Source: the human T2T-CHM13v2.0 reference genome, Homo sapiens
Assembly (NCBI RefSeq): GCF_009914755.1
Contig: NC_060930.1
Length of the DNA stretch: 64,000 bases
Reading direction: 5' to 3' (one strand)
Shown: positions 24,197 through 37,440 of the stretch, in pieces
How the letters are laid out: each line of letters begins with the position of its first letter
Numbering within the stretch: the stretch's first letter is position 1
The notes under the pieces: generated by a model
Database searches by the model: none
What the model saw: the letters and a program-made list of their open reading frames with translations, nothing else
What the model was told of the DNA's origin: nothing
Translations under genes and position numbers: made by a program

Positions 24197-24649
24197 CAGA
24201 TGTCTTAATTTTTATGTGTGCCATGGGCCCTTCAGCAATCTTGTGGAAACTATGAACCATTCCTCAAATATATGTGACTACAAAAGGAAAAATTATGATG
24301 AAATCTATTATTAAAACATTACACAAATTTGCAATATGGCAATGCATATGCTTCTTTATTAAAAACAACCCCTAGCAGTAGGGCTAATAGCTACATAATC
24401 TTGAAATGATGAGCAAAATCAATATTCAAGATGAAACAATTATGGTTTCATCTACAACTGTAAAATGAGATTTTAAAATCTGTGATTTTTGTGAGCAACA
24501 AATTCACAAGTACGGCTAATACCATCATGATCTATTGCCATGGTTAGCGAAAGATAAACACATAAATATCCCCCCTCTATGTTCACTACCCCCTAAATTT
24601 TACACACAGATCCCCTGGAGGACCGTGGACTCTACATTAGGATAGCCTG
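24197..24649 (+). mobile_element. MER119-like hAT-Charlie DNA transposon relic
   Basis: CAG..TCTTAA..TGTGCCATGGGCCC start and CCCCTGGAGGACCGTGGAC..CCTG end resemble the recalled MER119 consensus. Confidence 0.7.
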
Positions 24650-25089
24650 AGCCCAGTGACTCTTGCCACCGCTTCTACTTGTATTCAACCACTAGAGAGG
24701 TGCGTTGGGGTCATGGTCAGTAATCAGCATGCATACATGCGCACAGGATCCTCAGAAGCAATAGAGTCAGCAAAACCACACACACAAACCTCACTATGTC
24801 ACTGCCAATCAGCCCAACATCTGAACACTGTCACCTTACGGGGGTCACTCTGTGTCAGTTCAGTGTTTTCTCCAGCCAGAAAGTCTGCCTCTGGCAATGA
24901 TACCAAGAGCTAATTCAGAGCAGAATGTGTTCATTGTTCTCCATGATGTCATTTGCCAAATGAAAGAAATGGTTCTAGAATATCCTCTATGCTTATTTAC
25001 CAAAACTTTATATGCTTGGTCTGCACTGTCAGGATAACATGTTCCATACATTTACTTTTTCTAGGGGGAAAAAAATACTTCCATATCTC

Positions 25090-26040
25090 CAGCTAGAATT
25101 TATAGCCGAGATTTAAATCCACATTTCCACGTGGATGTCTAAAACTGGATTTATCCTCTTCTCCCCAAAACCAGTTTCTCCTTCTGACTTTGACTTTTCT
25201 TCTCCTGACTTGTACAGTCATCTCAGACTTTCCAGCCACCACACCCGCTTCCCAGACTCCACTCCCCAATTTACAGCATCCCTTCAGTCTCCCTGTTTAT
25301 TCCATTCTCATTTCTACTATGTTCATTTACAGCCTAACCTAGATTCACTGTTACCCTTGTTCCTGCCTCTCACTACTCAGATCCATTCTATACACACTGC
25401 TGCCAACTTAATTTTCCCAGAAGGCAACTCTGATGACCCTTTTATCCTGTCCAGAAATCTTCAATGGCTCCCCATTTTCTACTGAACTAAATGCAGACTC
25501 TGCCCTACAAGCCTCTCCTCCACTTAGCTCCAGACTCCCAATTCAGCCACCTGTTTCATCCTGTTCTGCAAACTTTGATAATTCTCGTTCCATGAAACAA
25601 AAGGCAAATAGTTTGCCTCATTCATTTTCTGACTTGCTGCCTTCCACATTTTGTACCCTCCTTCTAGGATGTGTTTCTCCAGAAATTTCTCTTGTTGAAA
25701 CCTTACTCTTCCTTCAAAGACCATCTCAAACACCATCTTTTTTTTGGAACACTTCTTGATGTGCTCCCACCTTTCCCAGCTAAATAGAATCCCTCCCCAC
25801 TTTCAGCCTCTGTAGCATTTTTCTTAGCACTTATCTGCCTCTGCCTTTCATTCTGATCCAATGTGTTCACTTTGCCCACCTCACTAGATTTTAATTCCTA
25901 GTGGTAAGAATTTGTAGACCATTCCTGAAAATCCATTTTTGGCATAGGAATTATTTCAACACAATTGAAAACATGTATTGAGTACCCATTGTAGAAGGCA
26001 CTGTACCAAAGGCTACCAGCTGTACAAGGCTAAATTAAAA
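25090..26040. mobile_element. L2 fragments
   Basis: ACATTTCCACGTGGATGTCT, CTTCAATGGCTCCCCATT and ATGTATTGAGTACCCATTGT..GGCACTGT motifs. Boundaries approximate. Confidence 0.65.
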
Positions 26041-26387
26041 CAGCATTCAAATATTGATGAAGAAGGAACTAGCAATAAGATGTGTTTCGAGCACAGACAT
26101 AGATTATAAAACTGCCATTGGGATGCTCTTGAAGGAGGAAAGCATCTTAATGATTAAATAATCCCCTGCTCGCTTTTCCAAGTGTTTTCTGGGAAACCTG
26201 GACTTGGTGGGGAAAGGGAGGGAATATCCAGATAAGGGCTCCTCACCAGAGGAGGACATCTATCACTGTCATCTGATGCCACATCATCCTCCCAACTACC
26301 TTAGTAATCCCTGTATTTTACTTTCTCATTTATAGTTTGGGGGTCAGGTAGGTGCACTGGATTTTGACCACTAGTTTGCAAATTTTA

Positions 26388-26757
<370 letters not shown>

Positions 26758-26939
26758 GCATGATGAATCATTAACATCGTGTACTAGGTTTTTTCACTAG
26801 CAGGCTCTTTCCTCTTGGAGCCTTCTGTTTAGAATGGCAACCCCTTTCCCCTCAGTTTGAGGAGATAGAGAAGTGTCTTCCTGAGCCGAGAATACCACCA
26901 CCATTCTCATCTCTGATGCTTATTCAGCACACTGCATAG

Positions 26940-27180
26940 AGGCTTAGACTACACAGTGCTTAGGTTCTCTTTCTGCTACACAACCTTGGAAGAGCTACAA
27001 ATGTTAATTCTCAGTTTTCATATCTGTAAAATGGGGATTATAATAATTTTATTCCATAAATTTCTGGGGATAACATAGAGATAATTGATAATGTAAGAAT
27101 GAGGAGAATGCATTTAAAAGGGACTTAGCACAGTGTCCAGCTTGTAGGAACCCCTCTATGAATGTTAGTCATTATTATCA
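26940..27180 (+). mobile_element. MIR
   Basis: MIR core CTCAGTTTTCATATCTGTAAAATGGGGATTATAATA...ACTTAGCACAGTG. Confidence 0.75.
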
Positions 27181-27258
27181 GCATAGAAAACATGTTGGGA
27201 TAAATATAAAGAAACAAGGAATAAATGTGGTGGGGTCATCTATTGACCCCTGAATAGT

Positions 27259-27449
27259 CAGGGGTCAACAAACATTTCTGTGGGCCTTACTGACCCTGTT
27301 ATAACTACTCAGTTCTGCAATCATAGCATGAAAGCAGCCATAGACAATACATAAATGAATGACTGTGACTGTGTGCTGATAAAACTTTATTTACACAAAC
27401 AGGCATTAGGAGCCAGATTTGTCCTGTAGGCATAATTAGGCAAACTCTG
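27259..27449 (+). mobile_element. MER58A hAT-Charlie relic
   Basis: CAGGGGTCAACAAAC...ACTACTCAGTTCTGC..AAAGCAGCCATAGACAATAC..TAAAACTTTATTTACA...AAACTCTG. Confidence 0.8.
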
Positions 27450-28466
27450 GCTATACTGCCCAAACCCTGGCCTTTGGGAACTTCCAATCAAGTGTGGTGG
27501 TAAGACTTGTAAGACTTTTCAGGGGAAGCAAGGAGGAGTCAGGGACTAACTTCACCATCATCCAGAGGAGCATAGAAACTTGGTATTTTAAGACAGCTTA
27601 CTATATGAATTTCCCAGAGAGGAACACAAGTAAAAAATATGACCTAGAGCAAATAGCTCAGGTTTTTTTTTTAACACTGCCTTTCAAAATAAGTAACTTC
27701 AACTTTGAAACAGAGCCTTCCCTTTTAGTAGACATTTTCCTTGGAAACTCAGCTCCCGCCTTGATCCTAGAAGTTACACATTTGTAGGAATAAAAATATC
27801 TGTAGATTAATTGGTAGACAATGCCTGATCCTGAATTCTGTTTCTTATCCTTATATATGAATAGACAGAGCTGAGAAGTCATTTATCCAGCAGTTTGACT
27901 AGAAGGAAATGGAAAGTGTATGGGTAGCAGAGGAAATCATTCACTTCCTTTTCTATTCTTATTATTAATATATGATCTTATTATTAATAATATAAAGGAA
28001 TAGCAAATGAGAATCCATGAGCAATATCAGACCATGAAAATGAGCCAGTGGCTGAGTAACAACCAATTAGGACACTTGATAGTTTAGCAAAGTTGCCAAA
28101 CAGGAGACAGACTCGGCTCCTTTGAACGAAGAGTGACTGCAGTGTGGATTCCCCAGATAGGAGAGCAAGAACATACTTTCTGGGCCTCTCTCAGGATCGT
28201 TGTTTGGGAAGGAAGTTGTATGGGAAATTCACAAACTCTTAGATGCTAACATTTAAATGCAGCATGCCACACACACAAACCCACAAACACAACCTTTTTT
28301 TCATCAATAAAATTGCAGAGGAGCCCCATTTGCACAGTATATCACATTGTATTTTAATATCCAAAATGGCTAGTCCCTTCCAGAGTTTTTATGAGTTAAT
28401 GTGTGCTAATTTAATGGGCCTGGTGCTTTATTCATTTGAAGTAAGAAATTAAGTCTGTGATAATAA

Positions 28467-28610
<144 letters not shown>

Positions 28611-30968
28611 TGAACAAGAACGTACATGAATGTTGTATAAGAACTGCCTATAACATTTATACTATGCATCTTATCCTACAAAAAAATCCTATCTAAAAAA
28701 GAGTTACTGAGAAATATAAAAATGTCAAAGATTACTGAAACATTTGCCCACCAATTTAACATGTAGTCAATCCTTAGAAATATATAGAAATGTTCAGGAT
28801 TGCTATTACACAGCAATATCTTGTGTTGTAGATATATCATAAATAGAAGGCAATATTAGAAAGCAGTTTTAAGTATGTTTATCTATGCTAATAAACAAAT
28901 TATATAAGAAGAATCAGTATCTATGAGGCCTCTCATTATATTGTGAAAGACTATAGAGTAGAGAGCATTTTCCAATAACTGTAATTTGGCAGTAGCTAAA
29001 TATAATTGGCCAAGAACTATGAACATATGGCACCTCATAAGAAAATAGAAGGCTCCTTCATGCTCTTTTCAACCAACAGACTGCATTATGAGTTTTGCTG
29101 CTAATGCAGTTACCTGGTGATAAATTCTGCAGTTTGCTCTGTTTCCATTATGCTGTCAATCCTCAACCACACAGAATTGCTCAATTCACTTTAAAATGGA
29201 AAAAGACCCCAAGATATTTTTATCAGAATTATTCTGAGCCTTTTAAGCTCTCATACTTTCTATTACAACTAAACTATAGCACTGTACACTCTAATCACAT
29301 CTGATTGAAAGTTTGGTTCATTTTCAACTATTTTGACCCACTCACTTTGTCCAAAATTATCAGATTTGACAGTCTTAGAGCTATTTGAATGAACTACAAA
29401 CTGGAACAGCTCACTGTTTCTGTAAAGCCTAGGGGTATACAGAAGCAGGGGGAGGAAAACGGTAAGATGGTTTATGTGCCCTAATAAGCAGAGGTTGGTT
29501 ATGTTACAGCAATAAATATTGAATATGAAAAAATTGTTACTACCACGAAGGTGGAAACTGAAAGATTTCAACTCATATAACCTGAGAGAGGGGGCAGATG
29601 CTTTTCCTACCTTTGCTTTCAGATGGCTAGTTTGTACTCAAGGTTGCTAAGACATCATCAAGTCTTTCTGTGCAATATCAGGGAGACCTCATTTTGAATC
29701 TGTAATAAATCTCTCTCAATTCATTTGCATACAAATTGTGCTCCAGCAGCATATTGCTCATGTTAAGGTTACCGTTTCAAAGCCCAAGGTAGAGAACAGA
29801 TAGACCAAAGAGCACATCAGAGATCTGTTCCATTTGCAAGCTTTCCCTTTGGGTAGAAAGTAGGCTTTTAACCTTGTCTGCCCTTTTGATAACACAAATG
29901 ATCTGAGCCCAAGGGCTAAGGTATAGCTGGCTTTTAGGTCCACATATGGAACTACAACCAGGAATTTTAGACTGAAAATATAAATCTGATTTTTAAACTT
30001 GGAAACAAAAAACTGGATCTACTGCATGACCAATATTAGGAATAAATCAATCATTAGGAATCTCATGAAAAGATTTCTTCCAGAGCCAGGTCAAAAATCC
30101 AAAATGTTAGATTTATATCCTCCAAACCTCTGAAATATAAATTCTGTCATTGCTAATGAATTTCTAAATAGTCCAAAGAAACCCATGTAATCACAAAGTC
30201 TAAAACTGATTAGTATCTTGACTTTTAAAACCTGTTAAATAGTGAACAATGGATCAGAGTTTAGTAACTAGAGTGCATTTAGTAGAAAATAAAAATGTAG
30301 ATGTCAGTCTTGAATGCTTTCTGATTTAGCAAGGTGGAAATGAGTTCCTCTATGCAGATGAGGCCTTTGTTTTGAGCAATGTGGTTAGTGCTACAGATAT
30401 ATATTCGCAGAAACCTGTTGCAACAAGGCTTTCCATAGGGAGAGGGTTTGTTAATCCTACTATCTTTGTACTATAGTGATACATTGTCAAAGTATATTCT
30501 CAAAACCTACCTAGAAATATGCAGACTGCATTGCAGAGCTAAGATTCACAGATGAAATTCTTCACCAATGTTTTCTCCAAAATCTTTTTATCTGGACACA
30601 AAAATTCAAATACTGTCTTTTACTTTTTCTTTAGCAATGAATAAATTAGGAAAGCATTAATATTTTAATTATTTTTCACAATGAGTTAACATAGTATATT
30701 ATAAAAGTTCAATCATTTGTAGAAGATTTGGAAAAGTCAATCATTAAGATGACAAATCTTAATGATTTAAGTAATGTCTCATTTATTACCTTTTAACATG
30801 TATTTTTGAGACAGTTACTATGATTTCAAAGTCACAGAACTCATAGAACACGATTCTGATTAGCAGTAAAGTTCCCAAGATGAGACATATCGAAGGAATT
30901 ACCATCCAAAGGAAGAAGAAGGATTATCATTGAAATAGTAAAAAGCAATGGCTTTTAAAATGCTTGCA

Positions 30969-31381
<413 letters not shown>

Positions 31382-32016
31382 CTATATCAAGATTGTGTAT
31401 TTTTTCATAACTTCCATCCCTTTTGGTTTTTTTAACATTTTAAAATATGTTCAGATATTTCCTACAATTCTATTTCTGTGCAAGTGAAAGGCACCGACAC
31501 TTGTGACAGGGAGCACACTACAGGCAAACCTGGCTTGTAGACAGAGCCCTCTTTGACACTCACTCTTTTCCACCTAATTGTTCCCTTGAGGGCACCAGCG
31601 TGTTAGGTGCAGGCCATCCCTTTAGACATCTCTTGCTTGCCTCCTGGGGGCCCCCATAAGGACTTTCGCTGTCCATCCCACATCCAAAAAGGAAGTCTCC
31701 CCTCATTTCCATCCAGAATGGCACTGCCAACGCTCTTGTAAACTTGTAACTTCACAAACTTGCCTTGGTTACAAGCCAAATGAATACCTGTGTTAATTTG
31801 CTCATTTATTCTTTTCAGTTGTGGGAACTGAGATTTCAGCCTATACAACCAGGTTCCTTATTTCTCTCCATAGAAGCAGTGGAGCATAGACTTAAGAATG
31901 TGATACAGACTATAGTCGGGCTCCATGAATTCAAATTTCACTCCTGTCCAATTTTAGCTGTGCGACTTGGAAAATCACTCCACTGTGCCTTAGTTGTCTT
32001 ATCTGTTAAAAGTGAA

Positions 32017-35000
32017 TAGGAGGATTCTAGAAGAAAGACAGAGTAGGAATCACCAAGATTCTGTCTCCCCACCTAAACAACAATTGCACTGGCAGAATTT
32101 GATGTAATTCAATGGATGGAACTCTGGAATCTATTGAATGTTTGCAACTTACAGAGGAAGGCTTAGATGGTAAGTTGCAGTTAATTTTGTCCATTTCAGC
32201 TCTTAGCACAGTGATAGCTACCCATCCCCTACGCCCAGGCCCATTGCAGGCAGCTGTGCACATGTTCCAGGAGGGACCTGAACACAGCTTATAAGAGCCA
32301 GGATGGGCAAAAAGAACTCTGTCCTCCAAATATCAGAAATCTGACCTCGGATCACTAATTGCTGCTTCTGATCACAGAGGCGCAGACAAAAAATGTGGCA
32401 GCCATTGCTGTTGCACCTTCACCCATTGCTGTAAGCCCCTCCCCTACCAGCAAAAGTGACTTCTAGGGGATTAAAACGATCCTCCCCACATCCTTCATTT
32501 TTCTTTTTTCCTTTTTTGGAATACAGTGTATAAAGATGTAATTATGTGACATTAATAACTGAAAGGTGTAGGGCTAGAGATGTAAAGGAGCAGAGTTTTT
32601 GTATGCCATTAAAGTTAAACTGGTATAAATTCAAATTAGAGTGTTATAACTTTAGGATGTTAATTTAATTCCCATGGCAACCACAAAGAAAATAGCTATA
32701 GAATATACACAAGGAGAAGTGAGAAAGGAATTCAAACATTTCACTACAAAAAAAAAATGAACTAAACACAAAAGAAGGTAGCAATTCAGGAAATGAGAGA
32801 CAAAAAAAGCTATGAAGTATATATAAAACAAAGAGCAAAATGATGAAAGCGTCTCCTTATCATTAATTACTTTAAATGTAAGTGGATAAAAGTTTCTAGT
32901 AAAAGACAGAGATTGGCAGAATTGATAAAAATACATCATTCAACTGTGTATATGCTTAGTACAAGAGACTTACTTTAGATTCAAAGACACAAATACATTG
33001 ACAGTAAAAGGGTGGAAAAGATATTTTATGCAAATAGTAAACAAAAGAGAGCAGAGGTGGCTATACTAATAACATACAAAATAGACTTTAAATCAAAAAA
33101 GTTATAAGAGATAAAGAAGGGCATTATATATTAATAAAAGGTTTAATACAACAAGAAGATGTAATAATTATAAACATTTATGCACCTAATAACAGGTAAT
33201 AAAATACATGAAGCAAAACTGACAAAATTAAAGGGAGAAATGGATAGTTCTACAACAATAGTTGTAGACTTCAATACCCTACTCTCAATAATGGATAGAA
33301 CAACCAAACAGAAGATAAGTAAGAAAACAGAAGACTTAACACAATAAACCAACTAGGACTAACAGACATAATACAGAACACTGTACCCAATAACAATAAC
33401 ATAAACATTCTTATGTTATTCATATGCCATTATGTTAGCCCGCAAGTTAAGTCTCAACAATTTTAAAAGATGGATACCACACAAAGATGGATACCACACA
33501 AAGTATTTTTTCCAACCACAATGGGATGAAGTTAAATATCAATAACAGAAGTAAAACTGGAATATTCAAAAATTAAACAGCATGCCTTTGTTTTATTTTT
33601 TTTTCTTGAGACAGAGCCTCACTTTGTCACCCAGGCTGGAGTACAGTGGTGGGATCTTGGCTCATTGCAACCTCGACCTCCTAGGTTCAAGAGATTCTCC
33701 TGCCTCTCAGCCTCCTGAGTAGCTGGGACTACAGGCACGCACCACCACTCCCAGCTAATTTTTGCATTTTTAGTAGAGGCAGGGTTTCACCATATTAGCC
33801 AGGCTGGTCTTGAACTCCTGACCTCAAGTGATCTACCAACCTCAGCCTCCCAAAGTGCTGGGATTACAGGTGTGAGCCACTGTGCCCAGCCTAAACAGCA
33901 TACTTTTAAACAACCAATGGGTCAAAAAATAAGTCTTAGAAATTAATGAAAACAAAACGCAACCTGCCAAAACCTATGGGACACAGTGAAAGTTGTGCTA
34001 AGATTAAAAATTATAGCTATAAATGCTTACATTAAAAAAAGAAATATCTCAAATCAGCAACTTCATTTTACAACTTAAGGAGCTAAAAAAGAATACAGTA
34101 GACCCAAGCTAGCCAGAACAAAGGAAACAGTAAACATGGATAAATGAAATAAAGACTAGAAAAACAATAAAGAAAATCAATGAAACCAAAAGTTGGCTGT
34201 TAGAAAAGGTTGACAAAACAGACAAACCTTTAGATAGATGAACTAAGAAAAAAGAATACTCGAATTAATAGAATCAGAAATGGAAATGGGAATATTGCTA
34301 CTGATTCTACAGAAATAAAAAGGACAATAAGAGAGTACTGTGAACAATTGTATGCCAACACATTGGAAATCTAGATGAAATGGACAAATTCGTGAAAACA
34401 CAAAACCTACCAAGACTAAATCACAAAGAAATAGAAACCGAATAGTGCTATAACTAGTAAGGAGATTGAATCAGTAATAAAAAATCTTTCAACAACAACA
34501 AAGAAGCCCAGGATCTGATGGCTTCACTAGTGAATTCTAACAAACATTTAAAGAACTAATATCAATCCTTCTGAAACTATTCCAAAAATATAAAAAAGAA
34601 GCAACACTTCCTAACTAATTCTATGAGGCATTACTTTGATGCCAAAGACACAAGAAAAAGAAAACCATAGACCATTATTTCTTATGAACATTAGTGTAAA
34701 AATCATCAACAAAATGCTCGTATATTTACCAGAATATTAAGAGGATTATACACCTTGGTCAAAGGGGATTTAGTCCTTCAATGAAAGAATAATTCAACAC
34801 ACAAAAATTGATCAGTGTTATAGGCCACATTAACAGAATGAAGGGAAGATGCCACATAATTATCTCAATTGAAGCCAGAAAAAACATTTGAAAAAATTCA
34901 GTACCCTTCTATGATTAAAATATATATATATACTCCACAAACTAGGAATGGAAGAAAACTACCTCAACATGATAAAAGCCACATATGAAAAACCTACAGC

Positions 35001-37270
35001 CAACATCATACACAAAGGTGAAAGACTAAAACTTTTCCTCTAAGATCAGGAAGAAGGCAAGGATGTCTGTGTTTGCCATCCCTATTCAACAAAGTACTAG
35101 ACGGCTGTACTAATTGCTAGCTAGAGCAATTAGGCAACTATTAAATAAAAGAAACAAAAGGCATCCCAACTGAAAAAGTAAGTAAAATTATCCCTGTATA
35201 CAGATGATGTGATCTTATATGTAGGAACCCCTGAAGATTTAAAAAAAAAAAAAAGACTGTAAGAAATAATAAATGAATTCAGCAAAGTAGCAGGATGCAA
35301 AGTCAATATACAAAAATGAGTTGCATTTTACCAACAATGAAGAATTTAGAAAGGAAACTATGAAAACAATTCCATTTATAATAATATCAAAAAATACTTA
35401 GGAATTAACTTAACCAAGGAGATGAAGAACTTGTACAATGAAAACTACAATAACATTGCTGAAATAAATTAATAAGACATAAATAAATGGAAACTCATTC
35501 CCTGTCCATAGTTTTGAGAACTTAATATTGTTAACATGTCCAAAGTGATCTACAGATTCAATGCAATTCCTATCAAAATCCCAATGATGTTTCTTGCAGA
35601 AATAGAAAAACCCATCCTAGAATTCATATAGAATTTTAAAGGACCCCCAAATTGCCCAAACTATTTTGAAAGTAAAGAACAAAGCTGGAGGACTTATAAT
35701 TTTTTATTTTAAAACTTACTACTACAAAGCTACAGTAATCAATCATGAGGTAGTTTCCTATAACATTATGAATGTATTTAAGCTACAGTAATCAATCATG
35801 ATGTAGTTTCCTGTAACATTATGAATGTATTTAATACACTGAACTATAAAATGATTAAGCTGTAAATTTTATGTTATATATAGGCATAAAGACCAACATT
35901 TAGACCCATGGAATAGAATAGAAAGTCCAGAAATAAACCCACACACTTACGGTCAAATGATTTTTGACCATTCAGTGGGGAAAGGGCAGTCTTTTCAACA
36001 AATGGTGATGGAAATATTAGATATCCACATGTGAAAGAATGAAGCTGGACCCTTACCTAAGACAATACACAAAAATTAACTTGAAATGCCTTAAAGACCT
36101 AAAACTATAACATTGTTAGAAGAAAACATAAGGCAAAAACTTCATGACATTGGATTTGTCAGTGATTTCTTGGACATAACACCAAAGGTGTAGGCAACAA
36201 AAGAAAAAAACAGAGAAACTGAACTTCATAAAAATTTAAAATGTTTGTGCATCAGAAGACAGTATCAACAGAGAAAAAAGGCAACACACAGAATGAGAGA
36301 AAATATCTGCAAATAACATACCTGAGAAGGGGTTAATATCTGGACTATGTAGAGAATTTCTGAAACTCAACAACAAAAACAACCTAATTCAAAAAATGAG
36401 CAAAGGACTTGAATAAACATTTCTCAAAAAAAAAAGAGGTACAAGTGGCCAATAAGCACATGAAAAGATGCTCAACATTATTAATCATTAGGGAAGTGCA
36501 AATCAAAACTACACTGAGTACCACCTCACACCCGTTAGGATGGCTACTATCACAGAAACAGAAAATAACAAATGTTGGTGAGGATGTGGGAAAATGGAAT
36601 CCTTGTTCACAATTGGTGGGACTGTGAAATGCTATAGCCACTATGGAAAACAATACAGCTTTTTTTCCTCAAAAAAATAAAAAATAGAATTACATGATGC
36701 AGCAATTCCACTTCTGGATGTATGCCAAAAACACTGACGGCAAGGTCTCAAAGAGATGTGTACACCCATGTTCATAGCAGCATTGTTCACAATAGCCAGA
36801 ATGTGGAAACGACCCAAGTGTATACTGACAAGTGAACGGATAAGCAAAATATGGCATATACATACAAAAAAAGTATTCACCCTTAAAAAGAAGGAAATTT
36901 TGACATATGCTTCAACATGGATTAATGTTGGGGACATTATGCCAAGTGAAATAAGCCAGCCACAAAAAGAAAAATAATGTATGATTCCACTTATATGAGT
37001 GAGATACCTAGAATAGTCAAAAAAGTATAGAGACAAAGTGGAATGGTTGTTGCCAGGGGCTGTAGGGATCAGGGAATAGTGAGTTATTGTTTAATAGATG
37101 AAGAGTTTCAGCATTACAAGAAGAAAAGAGTTAGGGAGATGGGTGGTGGGGATGGTTCTGTAACATTACGAATGTATTTAATACCACACTGAACCATACT
37201 TTAAAATGGTTAAGCTGTAAATTTTATATTACATATATTTTACCACAATAAAAAAATTGAGAAAAATCTT
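32017..37270 (+). mobile_element. Old L1MB-type LINE (5'UTR start joined to ORF2 and 3'UTR, ORF1 largely missing), inserted into a MIR
   Basis: L1M-type 5' end (GAGTAGGAATCACCAAGATTCTGTCTCCCCACC), degenerate EN/RT at about 32850-36900, 3' end AAATGGTTAAGCTGTAAATTTTAT..ACCACAATAAAAAA. MIR halves at about 31880-32016 and 37470-37550. Confidence 0.85.
33586..33892 (-). mobile_element. AluS inserted in the L1MB
   Basis: Reverse Alu; TSD AAACAGCAT. Confidence 0.9.
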
Positions 37271-37286
37271 TTAAAAGATTAAATGA

Positions 37287-37440
37287 GCATTAGGAAAAAT
37301 AGCTAATACACGCTGGGCTTAATACCTAAGTGATGGGTTGATAGATGCAGCAAACCACCATGGCACACATTTACCTATGTAACAAACCTGCACATCCTGC
37401 ACGTGTACCCCGGAACTTAAAATAAAACTAAAAATTAAAA
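37287..37440 (+). mobile_element. Short L1PA (PA8-13-like) 3' end inserted in the L1MB tail
   Basis: GCATTAGGAAAAATAGCTAAT...GCAAACCACCATGGCACAC...GTACCCCGGAACTTAAAATAAAA; TSD-like ATTAAATGA on both sides. Confidence 0.85.

Noticed and set aside
33466-33503. 17-bp tandem duplication AAAGATGGATACCACAC
   Set aside because: Ordinary slippage duplication inside a dead L1.
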